Positions 25,401-40,500 of a DNA stretch of 64,000 nucleotides are shown piece after piece. A program made the translations under genes and the position numbers. The first letter of the stretch is position 1. Each line of letters opens with the position of its first letter. The stretch is from Eledone cirrhosa (Eukaryota). The notes beneath the pieces are model-generated. The model worked only from the letters and a program-made list of their open reading frames with translations, was not told the origin of the DNA and ran no database searches. The stretch covers positions 62,001-126,000 of the forward strand of contig CAXHJY010000889.1 in the NCBI GenBank assembly GCA_964016885.1, written 5' to 3'.

Positions 25401-27740
25401 ACTTTTAAAAATATTTATATCTGATTTCAAATATTGATTTTTTTAGGTTTTTCGGAACCTTATATAATCAATTTTTTTTAGGTTTTTCGAAATATATACT
25501 TCTGCATTAATCTTTTTACGTTATTCTGATTTTTTGCATATTTCGAAATCTAAAAAAAACGTAAAAATTTAATGCTTTTACAAATCTTTCGAAATATTTA
25601 CTTTCTGGTTTCAAATTTTGTAGATTAAATTTTTTTCGAAAAACCTAAAAAAATCAGTTTTCGAAATCAGAAGTTAATATTTAGAAAAAAGCAATTTGGA
25701 AAACGCATATTAATTTTTTTTCGAAAACCTTATATAATCGATTTTTTTATACTTTTAGAAATATTTATATCCGATTTCAAATATTGATTTTTTTAGGTTT
25801 TTCGAAAACCTTATATAATCAATTTTTTTATACTTTTATATCTGATTTCAAATATTGATTTTTTTAGGTTTTTCGAAAACCTTATATAATCAATTTTTTT
25901 TAGTTTTTTCTAAAAAGAGTTCATAGTCGAAATATATACTTCCGCATTAATCTTTTTACGTTTTTCTGATTTTTTGCATGTTTCGAAATCTAACAAAAAC
26001 GTAAAAAATTAATGCTTTTACAAATCTTTAGAAATATTTACTTTCTGGTTTCAAATTTTGCAGATTAAATTTTTTTCGAAAAACCAAAAAAATCAGTTTC
26101 GAAATCAGAAGTTAATATTTCGAAATATTGATTTTTTTTAGGTTTTTCGAAAAAGAGTTCATATATACTTCTGCATTAATCTTTTTACGTTTTTCGGTTT
26201 TTTTGCATGTAAATCTAAAAAAAACGTAACAAATTAATACTTTTACAAATCTTTCGAAATATCTACTTCCTGGTTTCAAATTTTGCAGATTAAACTTTTT
26301 TCGAAAAACCTAAAAAAATCAGTTTTCGAAATCAGAAGTTAATATTTCGAAAAATGCAATTTGAAAAACGCATATTAATTTTTTTTCGAAAACCTTAAAT
26401 AATCGATTTTTTTATACTTTTAGAAATATTTATATCTGATTTCAAATATTGATTTTTTTAGGTTTTTCGAAAACCTTATATAATCAATTTTTTTTAGTTT
26501 TTTTGAAAAAGAGTTCATAGTCGAAATATATACTTCCGCATTAATCTTTTTACGTTTTTCTGATCTTTTGCATGTTTCGAAATTTAAAAAAAACGTAAAA
26601 AATTAATGCTTTTACAAATAATCAATTTTTTTATACTTTTAGAAATATTTATATCTTATTTCAAATATTGATTTTTTAGGTTTTTCGAAAAAATTGATTA
26701 TATAAATAATCAATTTTTTTTAGGTTTTTCGAAAAAAGAATGACTGTGAGTCATAGTCGAAATATATACTTCGGCATTAATCTTTTTACGTTTTTCTGAT
26801 TTTTTGCATGTTTCGAAATCTAAAAAAAAACTTAAAAAATTAATGCTTTTACAAATCTTTAGAAATATTTACTTTCTGGTTTCAAATTTTGCAGATTAAA
26901 TTTTTTTCGAAAAACCTAAAAAATTAGTTTTCGAAATCAGAAGTTAATATTTCGAAATATTGATTTTTTTTAGGTTTTTCGAAAACCTTATATAAGTAAT
27001 TTTTTTTAGGTTTTTCGAAACATTAATCTTTTTACGTTTTTTGGTTTTTTTGCATGTAAATCTAAAAAAAACGTAACAAATTAGTGCTTTTACAAATCTT
27101 TCGAAATATCTACTTCCTGGTTTCAAATTTTGCAGATTAAACTTTTTTCGAAAAACCTAAAAAAATCAGTTTTCGAAATCAGAAGTTAATACTTCGAAAA
27201 ACGCAATTTGAAAAACGCAATTTGAAAAACACATTAATTTTTTTTCGAAAACTTTATATCAATTTTTTTATACTTTTAAAAATATTTATATCTGATTTCA
27301 AATATTGATTTTTTTAGGTTTTTCGAAATATATACTTCTGCATTAATCTTTTTACGTTATTCTGATTTTTTGCATATTTCGAAATCTAAAAAAAACGTAA
27401 AAATTTAATGCTTTTACAAATCTTTCGAAATATTTACTTTCTGGTTTCAAATTTTGCAGATTAAATTTTTTTCGAAAAACCTAAAAAAATCAGTTTTCGA
27501 AATTAGAAGTTAATATTTTGGAAAATGCAATTTGGAAAACGCATATTAATTTTTTTTCGAAAACCTTATATAATCGATTTTTTTATACTTTTAGAAATAT
27601 TTATATCTGATTTCAAATATTGATTTTTTTATAAAAATCAGTTTTTGAATTCAGAAGTTAATATTTCGAAAAACGCAAATCAATTTGTTTATACTTTTAG
27701 AAATATTTATAACTGATTTCAAATATTGATTTTTTTTAGG
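19442..27740. repeat. SatA block 2 (about 8.30 kb)
   Basis: Same modules and orientation as block 1; ends in the same diagnostic terminal monomer (…TTTTTGAATTCAGAAG…ATAACTG…). Confidence 0.97.
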
Positions 27741-30700
27741 TTTAAGTCTAAGGCTTGATGTTGGGGTTTAAGTCTATGTCTAAGGGTTGGGGTTGGGGTT
27801 TAAGTCTAAGTCTAAAGCTTGTATTTGTGGTTCAAGTCTAAGTCTAAGGCTTGAGTTTGGGGTTTATGTGTAAGTCTAAGTTTAAGGTTACGTCTAAGGC
27901 TAGGGGTTGGGGTTTAAATCTAAGTCTGAGGCTTGGGTTTGGGGTTTAAATGTAAGCTTTGGGTTGGGGTTAACGTCTAAGTCTAAGGCTTGTGGTTAGG
28001 GTTTAAGTCTAAGTTTAGGGGTTGGTGTTTAAGTTTACGTCTAAGGCTAGGGGTTGGGGTTAAGTCTAAGTCTAAGCGTTGCGCTATAAGTCTAAGTCTG
28101 AGGCTTGAGGTTGGGGTTTAAGTCTAAGTCTAAGGCTTTGGGTTGGGGTTTAAGCCTAAGTCGAAGACTTGGCTTTTGGGTTTAAGTCTAAGGCTTGTGT
28201 TTATGGTTTAATTCTTGGGTTTGGGGTTTAAGTGTAAATCTAAGGCTAATGAGTTGGTGTTTAAGTGTAAGTCTAATGCTAGTGGTTGGGGTTTAAGTCT
28301 AACTTGGGGTTGGGGTTCAACTCTGAGGCTAAAGCTTGGGGTTGGGGTTTAAGTCTATGTCTAAGGCTTGGTTTGGGTTTAAGTTTATTTACGATTAAGA
28401 CATGTTGTTAGGGTTTAATTGTAAGGCTTGCTGTTGTGGTTTAAGTCTATGTATAAAGCTTTGGGTTAGGGTTTAATTCTAATTCTAAGGCTTTGGTTTG
28501 GGGTTAATGTCTACGTCTAAGGCTTGAGGTTGGGGTTTAAGTCTAAGCCTAAGTTTTAGAGTTGGGGTTTAAGTCTAAGTTTAAGGGTTGGGTTTAAATC
28601 TAAATCCTGGAGTTGGGCTTTAAGTCTAAGTCTAAGGCTTGGGGTTGGGGTGTAATTCTGAGTCTAAGGCTGAGGGTTGACGTTTAATTCTAAGTCTAAG
28701 CCTTGGAGTTGGGGTTTAAGTCTAAGGCTTTTAGTTGGACTTTCAGTCTAAGTCTAAGTCTTGGGTTTGAGGTTTAAGTCTAAGTCTAATGCTTTGGGTT
28801 GAGGTTTAAGTCTAAGTCTAAGACTTGGGGTTGGGGTTTAAGTCTAAGTCTAAGTCTTGGGGTTTGAGTTTAAATCTAAGCTTGGAGCTGCGGTTGAAGT
28901 CTAAGTCTAAGTCATGTGGTTGGGGTTTAAATATATGTCTATGGCTTGTTGTTTATGTCTAAGTCTAAGACTTTGGGTTGTGGTTTAAGTCAAAGGTTTG
29001 GGGTTGGGGTTTAAGTTTAAGTCTAAGGCTAGGAGTTGGTGTTTAAGTCTAACACTAAGGCTTAGGGTTGGGGTTTATGTCTAAGCCTTGTGGTTATGGT
29101 TTAATTCAAAAGCTTGGAGTTGGGGTTTAAGCCTAAGTCTAAAGCTTGGGGTTGGGGTTTAAGCCTAAGGCTTCGGGTTAAGGTCTAAGTGCAAGACTTG
29201 GTGTTAGGGTTTAAATCTAAGTCTAATGCTAGTGGTTGGGTTTTAAGTCTAAGGCTTGGGCTTGTGATTTAAGTCTAAGGCTAAGGCTTGGGGTTTGGGT
29301 TTAAGTCTATCTCTAAGGCTTGGTGTTGGGGATTAAATCTATGTCTAAGGCTTTGGGTTGTGATTTAAGTCTAAGTCTAAGGCCTGGGGTTGAGGTTTAA
29401 ATCTAAGTCTAAGGCTTGGGGTTGGTGTTTAATGTAAAGTCTAAGGCTAGTAGTTGGGTCTCAAGTCTAAGTCTAAGCCTTGGGGTTGACGTTAAAATCT
29501 AAGTCTAAGGCTTGAGGTTGGCGTTTAAGTCTACGTCTAAGGCTTGAGGTTGGGGCTTAAATCTATGTCTATGGCTTGGGGTTTAAGTCTAAATCTAAGG
29601 CTTATGTTTGGGGTAAGTTTTAAGTCTAAGGCTTGGGATTGGGATTTAAGTTTAAATCTAAGGCTTGGGGTTAGGGTTTAAGTTTAAGTCTATAGCTTCG
29701 GTATGGGGTTTAAGTTTAATTCTAAGGCTTTTGGTAGAGGTTTAAGTCTGCGACTAAGGCTTGGGGTTGGTCTCTAAGTCTAAGGCTTGGGGTTGGGGTT
29801 TAAGTCTAAGTCTTATGCTTGTGGTTGGGTTTCAAATCTAAGTCCAACATTTGCGCTTGATCTTCAAGTCTAACTCTAAGGCTTGGGATTGGGGTGTAAG
29901 TCTAAGTCAAAGGCTTGTGGTTGGGGTTTAAATCTATCTCTAAGGCTTGGGGTTAAAGTCTAAGTCTACAGCTTAATATTGGCGAGTAAGTCTAAGTCTA
30001 AGGATTGGTGTTGGGGATTATATCTATGACTAAGGCTTTGGTTGTGTTTTAAGTCTATGTCTAAGGCCTGGGGCTGGTATTTAAATCTAAGTCTAAGGAT
30101 TGGGGGTCGAGGTTTAAGACTAAATTTAAGGCTGGGGGTTGGGGTTTAATGTTAAGTCAAAGGCTAGGAGTTGGTATTTAAGTCAAAGTCTAAGGCTTGG
30201 GGATGGGGTTTGTGTCTAAGGCTTGTGGTTATAGTTTAATTCTGAGGCTTGGAGCTGGGGTTTAACTCTAAGTCTAAGTCTTGAGGTTGGGGTTTAAATC
30301 TATGTCTATGGCGTGGAGTTTAAGTCTAAGTCTAATGCTAGTGGTTGGGTTTTAAGTCTAAGTCTTAGGCTTGGGGTTGGGGTTCAAGTCTAAGTCTAAG
30401 GCTTAAGGTTGGGGTTAAGTCTAAGTCTAAGACTTGGGGTTGGGGTTTAAGTCTAAGTTTAAGGCTTGGAGCTGGGGTTTAACTCTAAGTCTAAGTCTTG
30501 AGGTTGGGGTTTAAATCTATGTCTATGGCGTGGAGTTTAAGTCTAAGTCTAATGCTAGTGGTTGGGTTTTAAGTCTAAGTCTTAGGCTTGGGGTTCAAGT
30601 CTAAGTCTAAGGCTTAAGGTTGGGGTTAAGTCTAAGTCAAAAGGTTGGGGTTTAAGTCTAAGGCTTGGGGTTAGGGTTTATGTCTAAGGCTTGGTGTTGG

Positions 30701-33700
30701 GGGTTTAAGTCTAAGTCTAAGGATTGGGTTTAAGTCTAAGTCTAAGTCTAGTTGTTGGGATTTAAGTCCAAATCTAAGACTTGGGGTTGGGATTCAACTC
30801 TAAGTCTAAGGCTTGGTGTTGGGGTTTGAATCTATGTGTATGGCTTGGGGTTTAACTCGAAGTCTAAGGCTTAATGTTGGGGTTTAAGTCTAAGTCTAAT
30901 GCTATTGGTTGGGGTTTATGTCGATGTCTAAAGCTTCGGGTTGGGGTTTAAGTTTAAGTCTAAGGCTTGGATTTTGGGTTTAAGTCTAAGTCTAAGTCTA
31001 ATGTGGTTGGGGTTTAAGACCAAGTCTAAGGCTTGGAGCTGGGGTTTAAGTCTATTGCTAAGTCTTGAGATTGGTGTTTAAATCTATGTCTATGGCTTGG
31101 AGTTTAAGTCTAAGTCTAATACTAGTGGTTAGGTTTTAAGTCTAAGTCTAAGGCTTGGGGTTGAGGTTCAAGTCTAAGTCTAAGGCTTGAGGTTGGGGTT
31201 TAAGTCTACGTCTAAGGTTTGAGGTTGGTGTTTAAATCTATGTCTATGGCTTGGGGTTTAAGTCTAAATCTAAGACTTATGGTTGGGGTAAGTCTAAGTC
31301 TAATGCTTGTGGTTGGGGTTTAAGTCTAAATCTAAGACTTTCGGTTGGGGTTTAAGTTTACAAGCTGGGCTAAGGCTTGGGGTTAGGTTTTAAGTCTAAG
31401 GCTTGAGGTTGGGGTTTAAGTCTAAGTCTAAGTCTTGAAGTTGAGGTTTAAATCTATGTCTATGGCTTGGAGTTTAAGTCTAAGTCTAATGCTAGTGGTT
31501 GGGGTTTAAGTCTAAGTCTAAGGCTTGGGGTTAGGGTTTAAGTTTAAGTCTAAAGCTTCGGTTTGGGGTTTCAGTTTAATTCGAAGGCTTTCGGTAGAGG
31601 TTTAAGTCTACGACTAAGGCTTGGTGTTGGTTTTTAAGTGTAAGGTTTAAGTCTAAGTCTTATGCTTGTGGTTGGGGTTTAAGTCGAAGTCTAAGGCTTG
31701 GGCTTGGTGTATAAATCTAAGTCTAACGCTTGTGCTTGATCTTCAAGTCTAACTCTATGGTTTGGGGTTGTGGTGTAAATCTAAGTCTAAGGCTTGGGGT
31801 TCGGGTTTAAATCTAAGTCTAAGGCTTGGTGTTGGGGTTTGAGTCTAAGTATAAGGCGTGTGGTTGGGGTTTATGTCTAAGACTAAGGCATGGGGTAAGG
31901 GTTTAAGTCTAAGGCTAAGGCTTGGGGTTAGGATGTGAGTATAAATCTAATGCTTGGCGTTAGGGTTTAAGTCTAAGTCTAAGGCTTGGGTTTGGGGTAT
32001 AAATCTAATTATAAGGATAAGGTTGGGGTTCGGGTTTAAGACTAAGTGTTGTGGTTAGGATTTAATTCTAAGGCTTGGCGTTGGGGTTTACGTCTAAGTC
32101 TAAAGCTTGGGGTAGGGGTTTAAGTCATGTCGAAGGCTTGGAGTTTAAGTCTAACTCTAAGGCTTTGGTTTGGGGTTTAAGACTACGTGTAAGGCTTGAG
32201 GTTGGGGTTTAAGTCTAAGTCTTGGAGTTGGGGTTTAATTTTACGTCTAAGGCTTGGGTTTGTGGTTTAAGTCTAAGTCTAAGAGTTGGTATTAGTCTTT
32301 AAATCTAAGGCTTGGATTTGGGGTGTAAGTCTAAGTCTAAGGCTTGTGGTTGGGGTCTAAATCCATGTCTAAGGCTTAGGGTTTAAGTCTAAGTCTAAAG
32401 CTTAATGTTGGGGATTAAGTCTAAGTCTAAGACTTAAGGTTGGGGTTTAAGTCTACGTCTAAGGCTTGTGGTTGGGTTTTATGTAGAAGTCTAAACATGG
32501 GGTTGGGGTTTAAGTCTATGTCTAAGGCTTGGGATTGGGGTTTAAGTCTAAGTCTAAGGATTTGTGTTGGTTTTTAAGTTTACGTGTTGGGGTTTGGGGT
32601 TAAGTTGTAAGTCTAAAGCTTGTTATAAGGGTTTAATTCTAAGGCTTGGGGTTGTGGTTTAAGTCTATGTATAAGACTTGGGGTTGGGGTTTAATTCTAA
32701 GTCTAAGGCTTTGGTTTGGGGTTAGTGTCTAAGTCTAAGGCTTGAGGTTGGGATTTAAATCTAAGTCTAAGTCTTGGAGTTGGGGTTTAAGTTTACGTCT
32801 AAGGTAAGGGGTTGGGGTGTAAGTCTAAGTCTAAGGCTTTGGGTTGGGGTTTATGTCTAAGTCTAAGGCTTTGGGTTGGGGTTTAAGTCTAAGTCTAAGC
32901 CTTTTGGTTGGTGTTTAAGTGTATGTCTAAGGGTTGGTGTTGGATTTAAGTCTAAGTCAAATGCTTGGGTTTGGGCTTTATGTCTAAGTCTAAGTCTTGG
33001 GGTTGGGGTTTAAGTCTAAGTTTAAGGCTTGGAGCTGGGGTTTAACTCTAAGTCTAAGTCTTGAGGTTGGGGTTTAAATCTATGTCTATGGCGTGGAGTT
33101 TAAGTCTAAGTCTAATGCTAGTGGTTGGGTTTTAAGTCTAAGTCAAATGCTTGGGTTTGGGCTTTATGTCTAAGTCTAAGTCTTGGGGTTGGGGTTTAAG
33201 TCTAAGTTTAAGGCTTGGAGCTGGGGTTTAACTCTAAGTCTAAGTCTTGAGGTTGGGGTTTAAATCTATGTCTATGGCGTGGAGTTTAAGTCTAAGTCTA
33301 ATGCTAGTGGTTGGGTTTAAAGTCTAAGTCTTAGGCTTGGGGTTGGGGTTCAAGTCTAAGTCTAAGGCTTAAGGTTGGGGTTAAGTCTAAGTCTAAGACT
33401 TGGGGTTGGGGTTTAAGTCTAAGTTTAAGGCTTGGAGCTGGGGTTTAACTCTAAGTCTAAGTCTTGAGGTTGGGGTTTAAATCTATGTCTATGGCGTGGA
33501 GTTTAAGTCTAAGTCTAATGCTAGTGGTTGGGTTTTAAGTCTAAGTCTTAGGCTTGGGGTTCAAGTCTAAGTCTAAGGCTTAAGGTTGGGGTTAAGTCTA
33601 AGTCAAAAGGTTGGGGTTTAAGTCTAAGGCTTGGGGTTAGGGTTTATGTCTAAGGCTTGGTGTTGGGGGTTTAAGTCTAAGTCTAAGGATTGGGTTTAAG

Positions 33701-34562
33701 TCTAAGTCTAAGTCTAGTTGTTGGGATTTAAGTCCAAATCTAAGACTTGGGGTTGGGATTCAACTCTAAGTCTAAGGCTTGGTGTTGGGGTTTGAATCTA
33801 TGTGTATGGCTTGGGGTTTAACTCGAAGTCTAAGGCTTAATGTTGGGGTTTAAGTCTAAGTCTAATGCTATTGGTTGGGGTTTATGTCGATGTCTAAAGC
33901 TTCGGGTTGGGGTTTAAGTTTAAGTCTAAGGCTTGGATTTTGGGTTTAAGTCTAAGTCTAAGTCTAATGTGGTTTAAGACCAAGTCTAAGGCTTGGAGCT
34001 GGGGTTTAAGTCTATTGCTAAGTCTTGAGGTTGGTGTTTAAATCTATGTCTATGGCTTGGAGTTTAAGTCTAAGTCTAATACTAGTGGTTAGGTTTTAAG
34101 TCTAAGTCTAAGGCTTGGGGTTGAGGTTCAAGTCTAAGTCTAAGGCTTGAGGTTGGGGTTTAAGTCTACGTCTAAGGTTTGAGGTTGGTGTTTAAATCTA
34201 TGTCTATGGCTTGGGGTTTAAGTCTAAATCTAAGACTTATGGTTGGGGTAAGTCTAAGTCTAATGCTTGTGGTTGGGGTTTAAGTCTAAATCTAAGACTT
34301 TCGGTTGGGGTTTAAGTTTACAAGCTGGGCTAAGGCTTGGGGTTAGGTTTTAAGTCTAAGGCTTGAGGTTGGGGTTTAAGTCTAAGTCTAAGTCTTGAAG
34401 TTGAGGTTTAAATCTATGTCTATAGCTTGGAGTTTAAGTCTAAGTCTAATGCTAGTGGTTGGGGTTTAAGTCTAAGTCTAAGGCTTGGGGTTAGGGTTTA
34501 AGTTTAAGTCTAAAGCTTCGGTTTGGGGTTTATGTCTAAGTCTAAGTCTTGGGGTTGGGGTT
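27741..34562 (+). repeat. SatB block 2, near-identical copy of block 1
   Basis: Same start (TTTAAGTCTAAGGCTTGATGTTGGGG), same rare variants (GCGTTGCGCTATAAG, TACAAGCTGGGCTAAGG) and same end; 6 bp longer through one extra TCTAAG. Confidence 0.97.
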
Positions 34563-37500
34563 TAAATCTAAAAAAAACGTAACAAATTAATGCTTTTACA
34601 AATCTTTCGAAATATCTACTTCCTGGCTTCAAATTTTGCAGATTAAACTTTTTTCGAAAAACCTAAAAAAATCAGTTTTCGAAATCAGAAGTTAATATTT
34701 CGAAAAACGCAATTTGAAAAACGCATATTAATTTTTTTTATACTTTTATATCTGATTTTTTTATACTTTTATATCTGATTTTTTTATACTTTTATATCTG
34801 ATTTCAAATATTGATTTTTTTAGGTTTTTCGAAAACCTTATATAATCAATTTTTTTTAGTTTTTTCTAAAAAGAGTTCATAGTCGAAATATATACTTCCG
34901 CATTAATCTTTTTACGTTTTTCTGATTTTTTGCATGTTTCGAAATCTAAAAAAAACGTAACAAATTAATGCTTTTACAAATCTTTCGAAATATCTACTTC
35001 CTGGTTTCAAATTTTGCAGATTAAACTTTTTTCGAAAAACCTAAAAAAATCAGTTTTCGAAATCAGAAGTTAATACTTCGAAAAACGCAATTTGAAAAAC
35101 GCAATTTGAAAAACACATATTAATTTTTTTTCGAAAACTTTATATAATCAATTTTTTTATACTTTTAAAAATATTTATATCTGATTTCAAATATTGATTT
35201 TTTTAGGTTTTTCGGAACCTTAATTATATAATCAATTTTTTTTAGGTTTTTCGAAATATATACTTCTGCATTAATCTTTTTACGTTATTCTGATTTTTTG
35301 CATATTTCGAAATCTAAAAAAAACGTAAAAATTTAATGCTTTTACAAATCTTTCGAAATATTTACTTTCTGGTTTCAAATTTTGCAGATTAAATTTTTTT
35401 CGAAAAACCTAAAAAAATCAGTTTTCGAAATCAGAAGTTAATATTTCGGAAAATGCAATTTGGAAAACGCATATTAATTTTTTTTCGAAAACCTTATCGA
35501 TTTTTTTATACTTTTAGAAATATTTATATCCGATTTCAAATATTGATTTTTTTAGGTTTTTCGAAAACCTTATATAATCAATTTTTTTATACTTTTATAT
35601 CTGATTTTTTTATACTTTTATATCTGATTTCAAATATTGATTTTTTTAGGTCTTTCGAAAACCTTATATAATCAATTTTTTTTAGTTTTTTCGAAAAAGA
35701 GTTCATAGTCGAAATATATACTTCCGCATTAATCTTTTTACGTTTTTCTGATTTTTTGCATGTTTCGAAATCTAAAAAAAACGTAAAAAATTAATGCTTT
35801 TACAAATCTTTAGAAATATTTACTTTCTGGTTTCAAATCTTGCAGATTAAATTTTTTTCGAAAAACCTAAAAACTCAGTTTTCGAAATCAGAAGTTAATA
35901 TTTCGGAAAATGCAATTTGGAAAATGCATATTAATTTTTTTTCGAAAACCTTATATAATCGATTTTTTTATACTTTTTGAAATATTTATATCCTATTTCA
36001 AATATTGATTTTTTTAGGTTTTTCGAAAACCTTATATAATCAATTTTTTTATACTTTTATATCTGATTTTTTTATACTTTTATATCTGATTTCAAATATT
36101 GATTTTTTTAGGTCTTTCGAAAACCTTATATAATCAATTTTTTTTAGTTTTTTCTAAAAAGAGTTCATAGTCGAAATATATACTTCCGCATTAATCTTTT
36201 TACGTTTTTCTGATTTTTTGCATGTTTCGAAATCTAAAAAAAACGTAAAAAATTAATGCTTTTACAAATAATCAATTTTTTTATAATTTTAGAAATATTT
36301 ATATCTTATTTCAAATATTGACTTTTTAGGTTTTTCGAAAAAATTGATTATATAAATAATCAATTTTTTTTAGGTTTTTCGAAAAAAGAATGACTGTGAG
36401 TCATAGTCGAAATATATACTTCTGCATTAATCTTTTTACGTTTTTCTGATTTTTTGCATGTTTCGAAATCTAAAAAAAACTTAAAAAATTAATGCTTTTA
36501 CAAATCTTTAGAAATATTTACTTTCTGGTTTCAAATTTTGCAGATTAAATTTCTTTCCAAAAACCTAAAAAAATCAGTTTTCGAAATCAGAAGTTAATAT
36601 TTCGGAAAATGCAATTTGGAAAACGCATATTAATTTTTTTTCGAAAACCTTATATAATCGATTTTTTTATACTTTTAGAAATATTTATATCCGATTTCAA
36701 ATATTGATTTTTTTAGGTTTTTCGAAAACCTTATATAATCAATTTTTTTATACTTTTATATCTGATTTCAAATATTGATTTTTTTAGGTTTTTCGAAAAC
36801 CTTATATAATCAATTTTTTTTAGTTTTTTCGAAAAAGAGTTCATAGTCGAAATATATACTTCCGCATTAATCTTTTTACGTTTTTCTGATTTTTTGCATG
36901 TTTCGAAATCTAACAAAAACGTAAAAAATTAATGCTTTTACAAATCTTTAGAAATATTTACTTTCTGGTTTCAAATTTTGCAGATTAAATTTTTTTCGAA
37001 AAACCTAAAAAATCAGTTTTCGAAATCAGAAGTTAATATTTCGAAATATTGATTTTTTTTAGGTTTTTCGAAAACCTTATATAATTAATTTTTTTTAGGT
37101 TTTTCGAAAAAGAGTTCATATATACTTCTCCATTAATCTTTTTACGTTTTTCGGTTTTTTTGCATGTAAATCTAAAAAAAACGTAACAAATTAATGGTTT
37201 TACAAATCTTTCGAAATATCTACTTCCTGGTTTCAAATTTTGCAGATTAAACTTTTTTCGAGAAACCTAAAAAAATCAGTTTTCGAAATCAGAAGTTAAT
37301 ACTTCGAAAAACGCAATTTGAAAAACGCAATTTGAAAAACACATATTAATTTTTTTTCGAAAACTTTATATAATCAATTTTTTTATACTTTTAAAAATAT
37401 TTATATCTGATTTCAAATATTGATTTTTTTAGGTTTTTCGGAACCTTATATAATCAATTTTTTTTAGGTTTTTCGAAATATATACTTCTGCATTAATCTT

Positions 37501-40500
37501 TTTACGTTATTCTGATTTTTTGCATATTTCGAAATCTAAAAAAAACGTAAAAATTTAATGCTTTTACAAATCTTTAGAAATATTTACTTTCTGGTTTCAA
37601 ATTTTGCAGATTAAATTTTTTTCGAAAAACCTAAAAAAATCAGTTTTCGAAATCAGAAGTTAATATTTCGGAAAATGCAATTTGGAAAACGCATATTAAT
37701 TTTTTTTCGAAAACCTTATATAATCGATTTTTTTATACTTTTAGAAATATTTATATCCGATTTCAAATATTGATTTTTTTAGGTTTTTCGAAAACCTTAT
37801 ATAATCAATTTTTTTATACTTTTATATCTGATTTCAAATATTGATTTTTTTAGGTCTTTCGAAAACCTTATATAATCAAATTTTTTTAGTTTTTTCGAAA
37901 AAGAGTTCATAGTCGAAATATATACTTCCGCATTAATCTTTTTACGTTTTTCTGATTTTTTGCATGTTTCGAAATCTAAAAAAACCGTAAAAAATTAATG
38001 CTTTTACAAATCTTTAGAAATATTTACTTTCTGGTTTCAAATTTTGCAGATTAAACTTTTTTCGAAAAACCTAAAAAAATCAGTTTTCGAAATCAGAAGT
38101 TAATATTTCGAAAAACGCAATTTGAAAAACGCAATTTGAAAAACACATATTAATTTTTTTTCGAAAACTTTATATAATCAATTTTTTTATACTTTTAAAA
38201 ATATTTATATCTGATTTCAAATATTGATTTTTTTAGGTTTTTCGGAACCTTATATAATCAATTTTTTTTAGGCTTTTCGAAATATATACTACTGCATTAA
38301 TCTTTTTACGTTATTCTGATTTGCATATTTCGAAATCTAAAAAAAACGTAAAAAATTGATTTTACAAATAATCAATTTTTTTATACTTTTAGAAATATTT
38401 ATATCTTATTTCAAATATTGATTTTTTAGGTTTTTCGAAAAAATTGATTATATAAATAATCAATTTTTTTTAGGTTTCTCGAAAAAAGAATGACTGTGAG
38501 TCATAGTCGAAATATATACTTCTGTATTAATCTTTTTACGTTTTTCTGATTTTTTGCATGTTTCGAAATCTAAAAAAAACTTAAAAAATTAATGCTTTTA
38601 CAAATCTTTAGAAATATTTACTTTCTGGTTTCAAATTTTGCAGATTAAATTTTTTCGAAAAACCTAAAAAAAATCAGTTTTCGAAATCAGAAGTTCATAT
38701 ATCGAAAAACGCAATTTCAAAAACGCATATTAATTTTTTTTCGAAAACCTTATATAATCAATTTTTTTATACTTTTATATCTGATTTCAAATATTGATTT
38801 TTTTAGGTTTTTCGAAAACCTTATATAATTAATTTTTTTTAGTTTTTTCGAAAAAGAGTTCATAGTCGAAATATATACTTCTGCATTAATCTTTTTACGT
38901 TTTTCTGATTTTTTGCATGTTTTGAAATCTAAAAAAAACGTAAAAAATTAATGCTTTTACAAATCTTTAGAAATATTTACTTTCTGGTTTCAAATTTTGC
39001 AGATTAAATTTTTTTCGAAATACCTAAAAAATCAGTTTTCGAAATCAGAAGTTAATATTTCGAAATATTGATTTTTTTTAGGTTTTTCGAAAACCTTATA
39101 TAAGTAATTTTTTTTAGGTTTTTCGAAAAAGAGTTCATATATACTTCTGCATTAATCTTTTTACGTTTTTCGGTTTTTTTGCATGTAAATCTAAAAAAAA
39201 CGTAACAAATTAATGCTTTTACAAATCTTTCGAAATATCTACTTCCTGGTTTCAAATTTTGCAGATTAAACTTTTTTCGAAAAACCTAAAAAATCAGTTT
39301 TCGAAATCAGAAGTTAATATTTCGAAATATTGATTTTTTTTAGGTTTTTCGAAAACCTTATATAATTAATTTTTTTTAGGTTTTTCGAAAAAGAGTTCAT
39401 ATATACTTCTGCATTAATCTTTTTACGTTTTTCTGATTTTTTGCATGTTTTGAAATCTAAAAAAAACGTAAAAAATTAATGCTTTTACAAATCTTTAGAA
39501 ATATTTACTTTCTGGTTTCAAATTTTGCAGATTAAATTTTTTTCGAAAAACCTAAAAAATCAGTTTTGGAAATCAGAAGTTAATATTTCGAAATATTGAT
39601 TTTTTTTAGGTTTTTCGAAAACCTTATATAATTAATTTTTTTTAGGTTTTTCGAAAAAGAGTTCATATATACTTCTGCATTAATCTTTTTACGTTTTTCT
39701 GATATTTTGCATGTAAATCTAAAAAAAACGTAACAAATTAATGCTTTTACAAATCTTTCGAAATATCTACTTCCTGTTTCAAATTTTGAAGATTAAACTT
39801 TTTTCGAAAAACCTAAAAAAATCAGTTTTCGAAATCAGAAGTTAATATTTCGAAAAACGCAATTTGAAAAACGCATATTAATTTTTTTTATACTTTTATA
39901 TCTGATTTTTTAATACTTTTATATCTGATTTTTTTATACTTTTATATCTGATTTCAAATATTGATTTTTTTAGGTTTTTCGAAAACCTTATATAATCAAT
40001 CTTTTTTAGTTTTTTCTAAAAAGAGTTCATAGTCGAAATATATACTTCCGCATTAATCTTTTTACGTTTTTCTGATTTTTTGAATGTTTCGAAATCTAAA
40101 AAAAACGTAAAAAATTAATGCTTTTACAAATAATCAATTTTTTTATACTTTTAGAAATATTTATATCTTATTTCAAATATTGATTTTTTAGGTTTTTCGA
40201 AAAAATTGATTATATAAATAATCAATTTTTTTTAGGTTTTTCGAAAAAAGAATGACTGTGAGTCATAGTCGAAATATATACTTCTGCATTAATCTTTTTA
40301 CGTTTTTCTGATTTTTTGCATGTTTCGAAATCTAAAAAAAACTTAAAAAATTAATGCTTTTACAAATCTTTAGAAATATTTACTTTCTGGTTTCAAATTT
40401 TGCAGATTAAATTTCTTTCCAAAAACCTAAAAAAATCAGTTTTCGAAATCAGAAGTTAATATTTCGAAAAACGCAATTTGAAAAACGCATATTAATTTTT

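Noticed and set aside
244-39255. Repeated 60-76 aa ORFs (MKPGSRYF…, MLDFETCK…, MLLQIFRN…) as a multicopy gene family
   Set aside because: They are chance frames in SatA monomers, mostly with non-ATG starts, K/F/I-biased from homopolymer runs and broken in many copies.
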